Source of the DNA: Patescibacteria group bacterium
Lineage (GTDB): Bacteria; Patescibacteriota; Patescibacteriia; PEXW01
Reading direction: 5' to 3'
DNA length: 64,000 bases
Assembly: GCA_041665345.1 (NCBI GenBank)
Contig: JBAYJA010000001.1
Span: forward strand, 602,522-666,521
Both the position numbers and the translations under genes were made by a program. Below the pieces are notes generated by a model. The model made no database searches. It saw only the letters and a list, made by a program, of their open reading frames with translations, and was not told where the DNA came from. This document shows, piece by piece, positions 33,984-42,610 of this stretch. Position 1 is the stretch's first letter. Each line of letters begins with the position of its first letter.

Positions 33984-36713
33984 CTAAGCATCCTTGCCAT
34001 GACATTGTTTATACTTTTTTGGTGTTCCATCGGGTTTCTTCGCTCCGCATGGACAAGGGTCATTCCGGCCAACCTTTTGCCCAACGTAAGGATCTGTACT
34101 TGCTGCAGAAGAACTTACCTGCGGCATTGACTGACTACCAGGCGCTGGATCCTGTGCTTCTTTTGCCGGAGCGGTTAAGGTCATGGGTCGCTGCGTTTGC
34201 GCTTGAGACAAATTGGACGTGATCCGCGTTTTAAAAATTGTATGCGTCAGCTGTGAGCGAATACCATCCAGGAGCTGCGTGAAGAGCACGTACGCTTCTT
34301 TCTTGTACTCTACCAAGGGGTCGCGCTGCCCATACCCACGCAGGCCAATCCCCTGGCGCAAGTAGTCCATGAGTTGGAGGTGTTCGATCCACAGGGTGTC
34401 AATGATCCGAAGTTCCACGGCGCGTTCCAGTAAGCGCATGAAATTTTGACTGCTGCCCTGCGCCTGAGCTGCGCCAGAGCGTTGCACTTCCTTTTCCAGA
34501 TCTGCGTAAGCTTGCTGCAGCAGGCCGTGCAAGTGATCAGTTATTTTGCTTCGCGCGGCGGCGGTTGAGCCAACATCCCCTGTCCCTTGCCGGAAGGCTT
34601 CCATTTTCAAACGGGCTTCCAGTGGGATTGAAAAAATTGCATCAACGGATTCATATACTTCGTCCAAATTCCACTGCTCTTCACGCTCAGTGGACGTATG
34701 GGTGGACACAATCCGGTCAATCTCTTCCTGCATGGCTTGGAGCACCTGCGGACGCCGACCCTCCGGCGTTTCCAGCGAACGGAGCACATCTCGCCGGCGG
34801 GAGTAGATCACTTCCCGGTGCTTGTTAATCACGTCATCGTACTCCACCAAGTGTTTGCGGATATCAAAGTTATGTCCTTCCACTTTGCGTTGCGCGCTTT
34901 CAATACTTCGGGAGATCATGCGGTTCTCAATGGGCATATCATCTGGCACACCCATGCGCTCCATAAGCGACTTCACCCGGTCACCGCCAAAGATGCGCAT
35001 GAGGTCATCTTCCATGGACAGGAAGAACTGGGACGAACCAGGGTCACCTTGCCGGCCCGCGCGGCCACGGAGCTGGTTGTCTATGCGACGTGATTCGTGG
35101 CGTTCTGTACCAACGACGTGCAAACCACCGAAGTCACGAACAATATTCCCTTCCTCAGGAACGGGCGGATTGCCACCCAGAATAATGTCCACGCCGCGGC
35201 CAGCCATGTTGGTTGCCACGGTCACTGCGCCTTTTCGGCCAGCCTGAGCAATAATCTCAGCTTCACGCGCGTGGTTCTTGGCGTTGAGCACCTCATGGGG
35301 AATGCCCTCACGCTTCAAAATTTGGCTAAGTACCTCATTCTTCGCAATGGAAATGGTACCAATGAGCACGGGTTGCCCTTGCTGATTCCTCACCTTCACA
35401 TCACGGGCAATGGCTTCGTACTTTGCTTGCTCGGTTTTATACACGCTATCCGGACTGTCTTTCCGAATCATGTCACGGTTCGTGGGGATCGTCAGGACTT
35501 CAAGTTTGTAGATGGAAGCAAATTCTTCCGCTTCGGTTGAGGCCGTACCGGTCATCCCTGCTAACTTCTGGTACATGCGGAAGTAATTCTGGAACGTAAT
35601 GGTGGCCAAGGTTTGCGATTCCTGCTTAATGTCCACTTTCTCTTTCGCTTCAATTGCCTGGTGCAGCCCTTCTGAGTACCGCCGGCCAAACATCAAACGA
35701 CCAGTGAACTCATCCACAATCACCACTTCTCCTTCTTTCACCACGTAGTCACGGTCTTTCTTGAAGAGCGCATGCGCTTTTAGGGCTTGCTCCACGTGAT
35801 GCACCATTTCCACCCCACCCACATCATATATGTTGCCAACCCCAAGCCATTTCTCAATTTTCCCGATCCCCTGTTCGGTGAGGGTTACGGCGCGGAGCTT
35901 CTCATCCAAATTGTAATCCGGACCTTCTTCCAAACGCTGGACCAAATCTGCAAATTTGTAGTACTGCTCGCTGGGGGTTTGGCTGGGACCAGAAATGATG
36001 AGCGGGGTGCGCGCTTCGTCAATGAGAATGGAGTCTACTTCGTCCACAATCGCGTAAACCAGATCCCGCTGCGCCAAGTACTGTGGGTCTGGCACCATGT
36101 TGTCACGCAAAAAGTCAAAGCCAAACTCGTTGTTCGTCCCATAGGTTATGTCTGCTGCATACGCCGCAGGACGCTGGATGGGACGCAGCTGGTGCGTTTG
36201 CTCATCACCTTCGTAGAGAGGATCGTACTGAAAAGCTGCTTCGTGCTGGATAATGCCAACGGATAGACCGAGGAAATGGTAAATTTGCCCCATCCACCGT
36301 GCATCACGCTTGGCCAGGTAGTCGTTAACGGTGACGACGTGCACGCCTTTGCCCGTCAGCGCATTCAAATACACTGGCAGGGTTGCAACCAGGGTTTTCC
36401 CTTCACCAGTCCGCATTTCTGCAATCTTCCCTTGGTGGAGGACAATGCCACCGAGCAACTGCACGTCAAAGTGGCGCTGCTTAATGGTGCGCTTTCCCGC
36501 TTCTCGAACCAAAGCAAATGCTTCTGGGAGCAGGTCATCTAAAGACTCACCTTTGGAAAAGCGGTTGTACAGTGCTTTGGTCTTCTCAGGAAAGTCAGCG
36601 TCCTTCAACTTCTGCACTTCTGGTTCCAACGCATTAATGCGTTCTACCTGCGCCTGCAAGCCTTTCACTGCCCGTGCATTGGGATCACCGAACAACTTCT
36701 GGAGTAATGCCAT
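33984..36713 (-). CDS. secA: Preprotein translocase ATPase SecA
   Basis: DEAD-like motor motifs, the preprotein cross-linking domain, and a C-terminal zinc-binding tail CPCGAKKPDGTPKKYKQCHGK. Start set at MALLQKLFGD to avoid overlap with hpf. Confidence 0.9.
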   Translation of the reverse strand: MALLQKLFGDPNARAVKGLQAQVERINALEPEVQKLKDADFPEKTKALYNRFSKGESLDDLLPEAFALVREAGKRTIKQRHFDVQLLGGIVLHQGKIAEMRTGEGKTLVATLPVYLNALTGKGVHVVTVNDYLAKRDARWMGQIYHFLGLSVGIIQHEAAFQYDPLYEGDEQTHQLRPIQRPAAYAADITYGTNNEFGFDFLRDNMVPDPQYLAQRDLVYAIVDEVDSILIDEARTPLIISGPSQTPSEQYYKFADLVQRLEEGPDYNLDEKLRAVTLTEQGIGKIEKWLGVGNIYDVGGVEMVHHVEQALKAHALFKKDRDYVVKEGEVVIVDEFTGRLMFGRRYSEGLHQAIEAKEKVDIKQESQTLATITFQNYFRMYQKLAGMTGTASTEAEEFASIYKLEVLTIPTNRDMIRKDSPDSVYKTEQAKYEAIARDVKVRNQQGQPVLIGTISIAKNEVLSQILKREGIPHEVLNAKNHAREAEIIAQAGRKGAVTVATNMAGRGVDIILGGNPPVPEEGNIVRDFGGLHVVGTERHESRRIDNQLRGRAGRQGDPGSSQFFLSMEDDLMRIFGGDRVKSLMERMGVPDDMPIENRMISRSIESAQRKVEGHNFDIRKHLVEYDDVINKHREVIYSRRRDVLRSLETPEGRRPQVLQAMQEEIDRIVSTHTSTEREEQWNLDEVYESVDAIFSIPLEARLKMEAFRQGTGDVGSTAAARSKITDHLHGLLQQAYADLEKEVQRSGAAQAQGSSQNFMRLLERAVELRIIDTLWIEHLQLMDYLRQGIGLRGYGQRDPLVEYKKEAYVLFTQLLDGIRSQLTHTIFKTRITSNLSQAQTQRPMTLTAPAKEAQDPAPGSQSMPQVSSSAASTDPYVGQKVGRNDPCPCGAKKPDGTPKKYKQCHGKDA

Positions 36714-36789
36714 AGTTTCTCTATCTTCTCGGAAAACCAGCAAAAAAGCAAGCTTCTGCGGCTTTTCGGTGGTTTCCTGGCAAAAACTT

Positions 36790-37113
36790 CTAGTGGAGAC
36801 CGTGGTGCCCAACCCGTGCACTCAGGCCACGTTCTTTGGCATCCCGAAGTTGGCGTTGCAATTTTTCCACAGCCAGGTCAACCGCTGCATACATTTCATC
36901 TGCCTTTTCTCCGGCTTTGTAGGTTTTTCCTTGCCAGAGCGCGGAAACTTCCACGCGGAAAATATTCCCATGCTTCTGGTTCTTATCCACGTCAAAGCGC
37001 ACCCGGAGCTGGGTTAAGGGCTTTCGGCTGAGGTGCACCAGTGCACCAAATTTCTCTTCAGCGTATGCTTGCAGGCTGGGGGTCAGTTTGAAATTCTTGG
37101 CAGAGAAAATCAT
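36790..37113 (-). CDS. hpf: Ribosome hibernation promoting factor (HPF/RaiA family)
   Basis: Sigma-54 modulation protein/S30EA fold (KFGALVHL..., VEKLQRQL). Confidence 0.8.
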   Translation of the reverse strand: MIFSAKNFKLTPSLQAYAEEKFGALVHLSRKPLTQLRVRFDVDKNQKHGNIFRVEVSALWQGKTYKAGEKADEMYAAVDLAVEKLQRQLRDAKERGLSARVGHHGLH

Positions 37114-38033
37114 AGGGAGGCAAAATTTGCTTGCGAAGGAGTTTCAAAACCCAGGTACCGCACTTCTTCTTCTAACTGTACCCCAAGTTTATCACGGACT
37201 TGCTGCTTGACGTAACTAATGAGAATAACGATATCTTCGGCGGTTGCTGTGCCCGTATTGGTGATGAAATTTGCATGGTCTTCAGACACTTTGGCGCCAC
37301 CAATTTTCTTGCCTTTCAGCCCAGCTTCCTGGATGAGCTTCCCCGCGTGGTTCCCCGTGGGATTTTTGAAAATGCATCCAGCACACCACGCGCCCTTGGG
37401 TTGCCAGCCCCGGCGGGTTACCGCTTCACGCACGCGCTCTTGAATGACCGTTGGATTCTCAGGCGTCAATTCCAGCACCCCACCGGTGATGAGTTCCTGG
37501 GTATTGTACTTAAAGCGTGAGTAGCGGTAGGACACGTCAAGCTGATCCCGGGTGTAGGTTTTCTCTTCTCCGGCCAAGGTTAGGGCACGTACTTCTTTGG
37601 CAAATTCCGCAATGCCATGTCCACCCGTTCCTGCATTCCCAGCCAAAGCACCTCCAAATGAGCCGGGCACACCAACCGCAAATTCTATGCCACCCAAATT
37701 GGCACCAATTGCTGCACGAACGATGCGGCTGAGTGTCGTACCTGCATCCGCGTCTACCGTATTCCCTACGACTTCGCACCGGCTGGATGTGAACTGAATA
37801 ATCAAGCCGGGAAAACCAGCATCTGCGACTAGTACATTGCTGCCACCACCCAGCGGAGCTACCGGTAAATGCGCTTCGTTCGCAAGAGCTAAAGCCTTGG
37901 CGATGAGTGCTGTATCGCCAGATGACAGAAAGTACTTCGCCGGGCCGCCAACTTGGAAAGTGACGTGCTTGGCAAGTGGTTCGTTCTGCAGCATCCCTGG
38001 GAGTGCTGCAAGTGTCTGAAGTGGATTGGCCAT
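37110..38033 (-). CDS. murB: UDP-N-acetylenolpyruvoylglucosamine reductase MurB
   Basis: FAD-binding domain motif FQVGGPAKYF with full-length similarity. The ORF track extends to 38183, but the MANPLQ start gives the canonical length. Start coordinate is approximate. Confidence 0.75.
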   Translation of the reverse strand: MANPLQTLAALPGMLQNEPLAKHVTFQVGGPAKYFLSSGDTALIAKALALANEAHLPVAPLGGGSNVLVADAGFPGLIIQFTSSRCEVVGNTVDADAGTTLSRIVRAAIGANLGGIEFAVGVPGSFGGALAGNAGTGGHGIAEFAKEVRALTLAGEEKTYTRDQLDVSYRYSRFKYNTQELITGGVLELTPENPTVIQERVREAVTRRGWQPKGAWCAGCIFKNPTGNHAGKLIQEAGLKGKKIGGAKVSEDHANFITNTGTATAEDIVILISYVKQQVRDKLGVQLEEEVRYLGFETPSQANFASL

Positions 38034-38114
38034 AGACAGAGGTGGGGTGGGTTTGTATACTATAGCGAATAACAGATGAATTCCAAACTCGACACTGTTC
38101 CTTAGGAGGGAAAC

Positions 38115-39089
38115 GTGCCCTTTTACATACAAGTCATTATTTTCAGTATAGGTAGTGCAATAATACTCAGCGTTGTCCTGCATCGGTACTTTGAGGCGAG
38201 AGGTTTACGTGTCGCCCAGCTGCTGACACGAACGCTCTACTCGGTCGACTATGAAAAGATTGCGGTTCGGACATGGTTACCCTTCCAATGGTCTATTTCC
38301 GTACAATTCCCAAAGCGATCCCCTAGTGAGTCTGCAGTACCGGCCTTGCTCTCAACCAATCTCAGCACGAATGCACCACCACTCGCAATGCGTGGCAGTA
38401 CTCGACCAGACCAACCAACGATTGTTGAATTTGGTGAGTACTTCGTCTACTACCCACCGGAAAATCTTGATGCAAAGCACGCACTCGGGGTGGGTATACC
38501 GAAAACCGTCCCGCTGTTTGTTGGACCGCCAAGCGAAAAAACTATCCGCTGGGTGCCAGTTGCGCCAGTACTAGCGCCAGTCTCGGGTACATTTTACCCA
38601 GCAAAAATTGACGAGGGCACAAACTTTGCGATTAACCCACGAGAGGTAAAACGACGTGTGGTGTACCGGAATCCAATTTTCACCGATTTCTTGGCAAAAG
38701 GTGAAACATTCGGCATTATCATACAAGCGAAAGACTCGCCCCCCGTTCCAGTGCTAGCGCCAAGCGATGCTTTCGTAATCCTGTTCGGATGCTACGCAGG
38801 TACCAAGGTTGTACAAGGTGCCAATCTACTCTTGGTGAGTCCAGTTAGTGAAACCGAAATTGTCCTAAGCAACCATGTGGGAACCTACTTCAACCGAAAT
38901 CTGAAGGGCGAGCCCGTACCCGGTCCTGGTGACTTCGTCATAGCTGGAACCTCGCTTGGAGTGGTAAATGCCTTCGGCCTTGATGCCGAGGAACTTCTCG
39001 CGCCGTGCGATGCACACATTCTCCGACAACTTCGTACAGCCACCCCTGTGGACTTTCACATGCCAATCATGCTTCTACAGAAATTGTAA
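38115..39089 (+). CDS. Hypothetical membrane-anchored protein encoded antisense to the surrounding mur cluster
   Basis: GTG start with AGGAGG RBS 7 nt upstream, an N-terminal TM helix IQVIIFSIGSAIILSVVL, a 324-aa Pro/Val-rich unknown domain, and a strong terminator downstream. Confidence 0.5.
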   Translation: MPFYIQVIIFSIGSAIILSVVLHRYFEARGLRVAQLLTRTLYSVDYEKIAVRTWLPFQWSISVQFPKRSPSESAVPALLSTNLSTNAPPLAMRGSTRPDQPTIVEFGEYFVYYPPENLDAKHALGVGIPKTVPLFVGPPSEKTIRWVPVAPVLAPVSGTFYPAKIDEGTNFAINPREVKRRVVYRNPIFTDFLAKGETFGIIIQAKDSPPVPVLAPSDAFVILFGCYAGTKVVQGANLLLVSPVSETEIVLSNHVGTYFNRNLKGEPVPGPGDFVIAGTSLGVVNAFGLDAEELLAPCDAHILRQLRTATPVDFHMPIMLLQKL

Positions 39090-39095
39090 TTTCAG

Positions 39096-39124
39096 CCCCA
39101 TCTCATTGAGATGGGGTTTTTGTT
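39096..39124. terminator. Bidirectional rho-independent terminator (shared with convergent murC)
   Basis: 9-bp stem CCCCATCTC/GAGATGGGG with loop ATT, followed by TTTTTG. The murC stop codon lies inside the stem. Confidence 0.55.
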
Positions 39125-40470
39125 GCGACATCGTAGAAGGAAGTAATATTCCCAGCCCCTACGGTGAGCACGACATCTCCTGGCTGAAGGATTGCCTGGG
39201 TTTTGGTAATGGCATCAGCGACGTCGCGCGCATACTGGGCGCTCTCACCCAAGGCAGTCACAATTTCCTGACTAGAGATTGCTTCGCCCTGCTCACGACC
39301 AGCAACGTCGTAAATATCCAAGATCACTTGCTTATCCGCAAGCCGAAGTGCTTGGACAAACCCAGGCAGTAGCGCTTGGGTTCGGCTACGCTGGTGCGGC
39401 TGGAACACGCAGAGGATTCTCCGCCCTGGGAATGCCTGCCGCGCTGCCTGTAGGGTTGCCGTGAGTTCGGTTGGGTGATGTGCGTAGTCATCCACAATGT
39501 CCGCGCCTTGCCACGTGCCTCGCCGCTCAAACCTTCGCCAGGTGCCGGGGAAGGCAGTAAGTCCTTGGCAAATTGCCGTTGTTGGAATACCCAGATGATG
39601 AGCAACCAGCGCGGCAGCGAGCGCGTTGAGGACATTGTGCTCACCCGGAACCTGCAACGTCACGGTTTCCGAAAGCAGCCCGTGGAAAGTGAAAACGGTT
39701 TTTCCGCCTGCAGAAGATAAACCGTGAACCTGTAGATCACCAGCGCTGAGTCCAAAGGTATGCACGGTGCCGGTAGCGTGTAACCGCAAGGCTGGGGTGG
39801 AAAGGTCTTCAGCGGAGAGTGCAATGGATCCATGCGCAGGCACCCGTGCAACAAAGGTTGCGAAAGCTTCCCGCACCTCAGCGAGATCATGGTACACATC
39901 CACGTGGTCAAGCTCTACGTTCAGAACTGCGACGTGGGTTGGTTCGTACGCAAAAAAGGCACGCTGATACTCATCAGCTTCGACAAGTACTTCCTCGCCG
40001 TTCCCAATGCGTTCATTCGTTTGCCCAAAGAGCGCAACCCGCGTGCCAACAATAACCGTTGGGTCTTTCTTCGCCGCATCCAGAATGTACGCCAGCATTG
40101 CGGTGGTCGTGGATTTCCCATGCGTACCAGCAATGCCAATACCAACTTTCCCCTGCATGAGCTCGCCGACTGCCTGCGGGTATGTCAATAGAGGAATGTG
40201 CCGAGTAATCGCTGCTTGGACTTCTGGGTTGGTATCCCCTGCTGCCACTGTCCGAATGACGAGGTCACATGTATCTGGTACGTGAGCTGCCTGGTGTGGC
40301 CCAATGGCAACAGCTACACCATGCGCCTGTAGCCACTCGGTTACGGGTTGGGATTGCAAATCACTTCCAGATACTTTTTTCCCGTTTTCCAGTGCCCACT
40401 TGGCAATGGCAGACAAACCAATGCCGCTGATCCCAATGCAGTGAATGGAGCTGGCGTTGCGTAAGGTCAT
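39103..40470 (-). CDS. murC: UDP-N-acetylmuramate--L-alanine ligase MurC
   Basis: Mur ligase motifs IGISGIGLSAIA and GTHGKSTTTAML. Start placed at MTLRNASS. Confidence 0.85.
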   Translation of the reverse strand: MTLRNASSIHCIGISGIGLSAIAKWALENGKKVSGSDLQSQPVTEWLQAHGVAVAIGPHQAAHVPDTCDLVIRTVAAGDTNPEVQAAITRHIPLLTYPQAVGELMQGKVGIGIAGTHGKSTTTAMLAYILDAAKKDPTVIVGTRVALFGQTNERIGNGEEVLVEADEYQRAFFAYEPTHVAVLNVELDHVDVYHDLAEVREAFATFVARVPAHGSIALSAEDLSTPALRLHATGTVHTFGLSAGDLQVHGLSSAGGKTVFTFHGLLSETVTLQVPGEHNVLNALAAALVAHHLGIPTTAICQGLTAFPGTWRRFERRGTWQGADIVDDYAHHPTELTATLQAARQAFPGRRILCVFQPHQRSRTQALLPGFVQALRLADKQVILDIYDVAGREQGEAISSQEIVTALGESAQYARDVADAITKTQAILQPGDVVLTVGAGNITSFYDVATKTPSQ

Positions 40471-41516
40471 ACGAGGGAAAGAATTTTTTCCGCCAGGGTT
40501 GATGCGCCCGCAGTTGACCAAGACCCGGCGAGGGCTGTGCTGAGCTGCGTTCGATAGTCTGCATCAGCACAGATGCGGCTTATCAACCCTGCGAACTTCT
40601 CTGGCGTACACTCTGCTTGCTGGAGAACCACTGCGCCACGTTGAGCAAGGGTTTTTGCATTTTGCTCTTGGTGCGTGCCAGGCAGCGGCACAATAATTGC
40701 GGGTTTTTGCAGGGCAACGAGTTCGGCCAGGACATTCATCCCCGCCCGCGTGATGACCATAGTGGCTAGGGCGTACACATCCGGCAAATTTTCGTTGGTA
40801 AAGGAAATAGCCACGTACCCTGGTCGGTTGACGTGCGCAGCTTTCTGTTCGCCAGTGATGTGGAGCACTTGAAGGCTACTAGGCAGCAGCGGCAGCGCGC
40901 TGAGAAAAGCTGCATTCAGATCCCGCGCACCCGAACTCCCACCAACCACTACAACGGTTGGCTGGTGCGCATCCAACCCGTAGGTTTGGGCAGCCTGGCT
41001 AGCCTTGCCGGCCTGCAAATCCGCCCGGAGCACAAAACCTATTGCTTTAGCCCCACCTGGAACCTGCGCTGCTTGTTCTGGAAGCGCAGCGGTACGGAGT
41101 TTCGCGACCTTGGCAATCAGCCGGTTCGCCAAGCCCACCTGCATGTCCTGCTGGTACAGAACGACCGGAATACCCAAGCTCGCGGCTGCCCAGGCCACTG
41201 GCACAGCCACGTAACTACCAGCCGTTACAACTGCCGCAGGCCTGCTGAGCAGCAGACGAAACCAAGCCACCACGACAGCACAGGCGACCAGACAAATGTC
41301 CAAGAAATTTTGGAGCGAAAAATACTGCCGGTACTTGCCAGCCGGAATCCAGCTATAGGGCATGCCCGCAGCCTGCACCACGGACTTTTCCAGCCCAACG
41401 CGTCGCCCCCAAAACTTGACCTGGATGTCTGGCCGACGCTGGGCAATTGCACGGCTACAGGCCAGGAGCGGATTCACCGAACCCAGAGTCCCCCCACCCA
41501 CAAAAAGCAACTTCAT
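40467..41516 (-). CDS. murG: Undecaprenyldiphospho-muramoylpentapeptide beta-N-acetylglucosaminyltransferase MurG
   Basis: GT28 architecture (GGGTLGSVNP ... HQEQNA), placed within the dcw cluster. Confidence 0.85.
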   Translation of the reverse strand: MKLLFVGGGTLGSVNPLLACSRAIAQRRPDIQVKFWGRRVGLEKSVVQAAGMPYSWIPAGKYRQYFSLQNFLDICLVACAVVVAWFRLLLSRPAAVVTAGSYVAVPVAWAAASLGIPVVLYQQDMQVGLANRLIAKVAKLRTAALPEQAAQVPGGAKAIGFVLRADLQAGKASQAAQTYGLDAHQPTVVVVGGSSGARDLNAAFLSALPLLPSSLQVLHITGEQKAAHVNRPGYVAISFTNENLPDVYALATMVITRAGMNVLAELVALQKPAIIVPLPGTHQEQNAKTLAQRGAVVLQQAECTPEKFAGLISRICADADYRTQLSTALAGSWSTAGASTLAEKILSLV

Positions 41517-42610
41517 ACGCGCACGCTTTTAGAGACATTCAGAGCAATGCCAATGGCAGCCAGGGTAATAATTAAGGACGTGCCACCATTAGAAATGAAG
41601 GGTAAGGGTACACCGGTCAACGGCAAAATGCCACTCAGCGCCCCAATATTCACAAAGGCCTGCAAAGTGACCCAGGTAATGACCCCCACCATAATCAGCC
41701 GGCCAAACGGGTCGCTCAGCCGCCGTGCCAGCTGCTGCCCGCGCCAGAAGAAACCAACGTAGAGTGCAACGAGACCCACGACCATGAAGAAGCCTAGCTC
41801 TTCGGCCGCAATGGCAAAAATCGAATCGCCCTCAGCTTCCGGCAAGTAGTTAAATTTTTGGATGGACCGGCCGTAGCCCCGGCCAAAGAGCCCACCAGAG
41901 CCAATAGCCAGCAAGGACTGATTAATGTGGTACCCCTCATCTTGCTGGCTGGACGATGGGTTGAGGAAAATGGTCAGCCGTGCGGCGCGGTAGGGTTCAA
42001 AGGTAATGAGCAACATAATGGCCACGACGCCTGCTGCAAACAGCAGCGCAATGTACCGACCCGGCGCACCGGCCGCCACGTAGAGGACAGTCGCAATGCC
42101 CACAATGACAATGCTCGTACCCAAGTCAGGCTGCAGAATGAGCATACCGCCAATGGCGCCAATCAAAATCAGTAAACGCACAAACACCCGCTGGGGTTCA
42201 CGCTCCAAATCGCCTAGCTTGGTAAACCACCGCGCCAGGAAAAGAATAAGCGCCAACTTGAGCAACTCCGAAGGTTGGAAGAACAAACCACCAAAGGCAA
42301 TCCACCGCTTGGCGCCCAAAAGCGAGGTGCCCACTCCAGGGATGAAGAGGGCAACGACGAGCAGGAAACTCACCACCAGAATTGGGACTGCCCACTTCTG
42401 CCAGTGCAGGTACGGTACCCGGGCCAGGAGCAGCATGATGGCAATCCCCAAGCAGAGGGAAATGATTTGCTTGGTCACGTACCCGTTTGGGTCGCCCAAA
42501 TTTTGGAAGGCAGCCACACTGCTGGCTGAAGCCAAAATGATTATGCCAATGACGCAGAGAGCAAGGGTGAGGCTGAGTAAAATGCCGTCGACGCTCTGAG
42601 AGGATTTCAT
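41513..42610 (-). CDS. ftsW: SEDS family peptidoglycan glycosyltransferase FtsW
   Basis: Ten-TM SEDS family pattern, located between murD and murG. Confidence 0.85.
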   Translation of the reverse strand: MKSSQSVDGILLSLTLALCVIGIIILASASSVAAFQNLGDPNGYVTKQIISLCLGIAIMLLLARVPYLHWQKWAVPILVVSFLLVVALFIPGVGTSLLGAKRWIAFGGLFFQPSELLKLALILFLARWFTKLGDLEREPQRVFVRLLILIGAIGGMLILQPDLGTSIVIVGIATVLYVAAGAPGRYIALLFAAGVVAIMLLITFEPYRAARLTIFLNPSSSQQDEGYHINQSLLAIGSGGLFGRGYGRSIQKFNYLPEAEGDSIFAIAAEELGFFMVVGLVALYVGFFWRGQQLARRLSDPFGRLIMVGVITWVTLQAFVNIGALSGILPLTGVPLPFISNGGTSLIITLAAIGIALNVSKSVRV

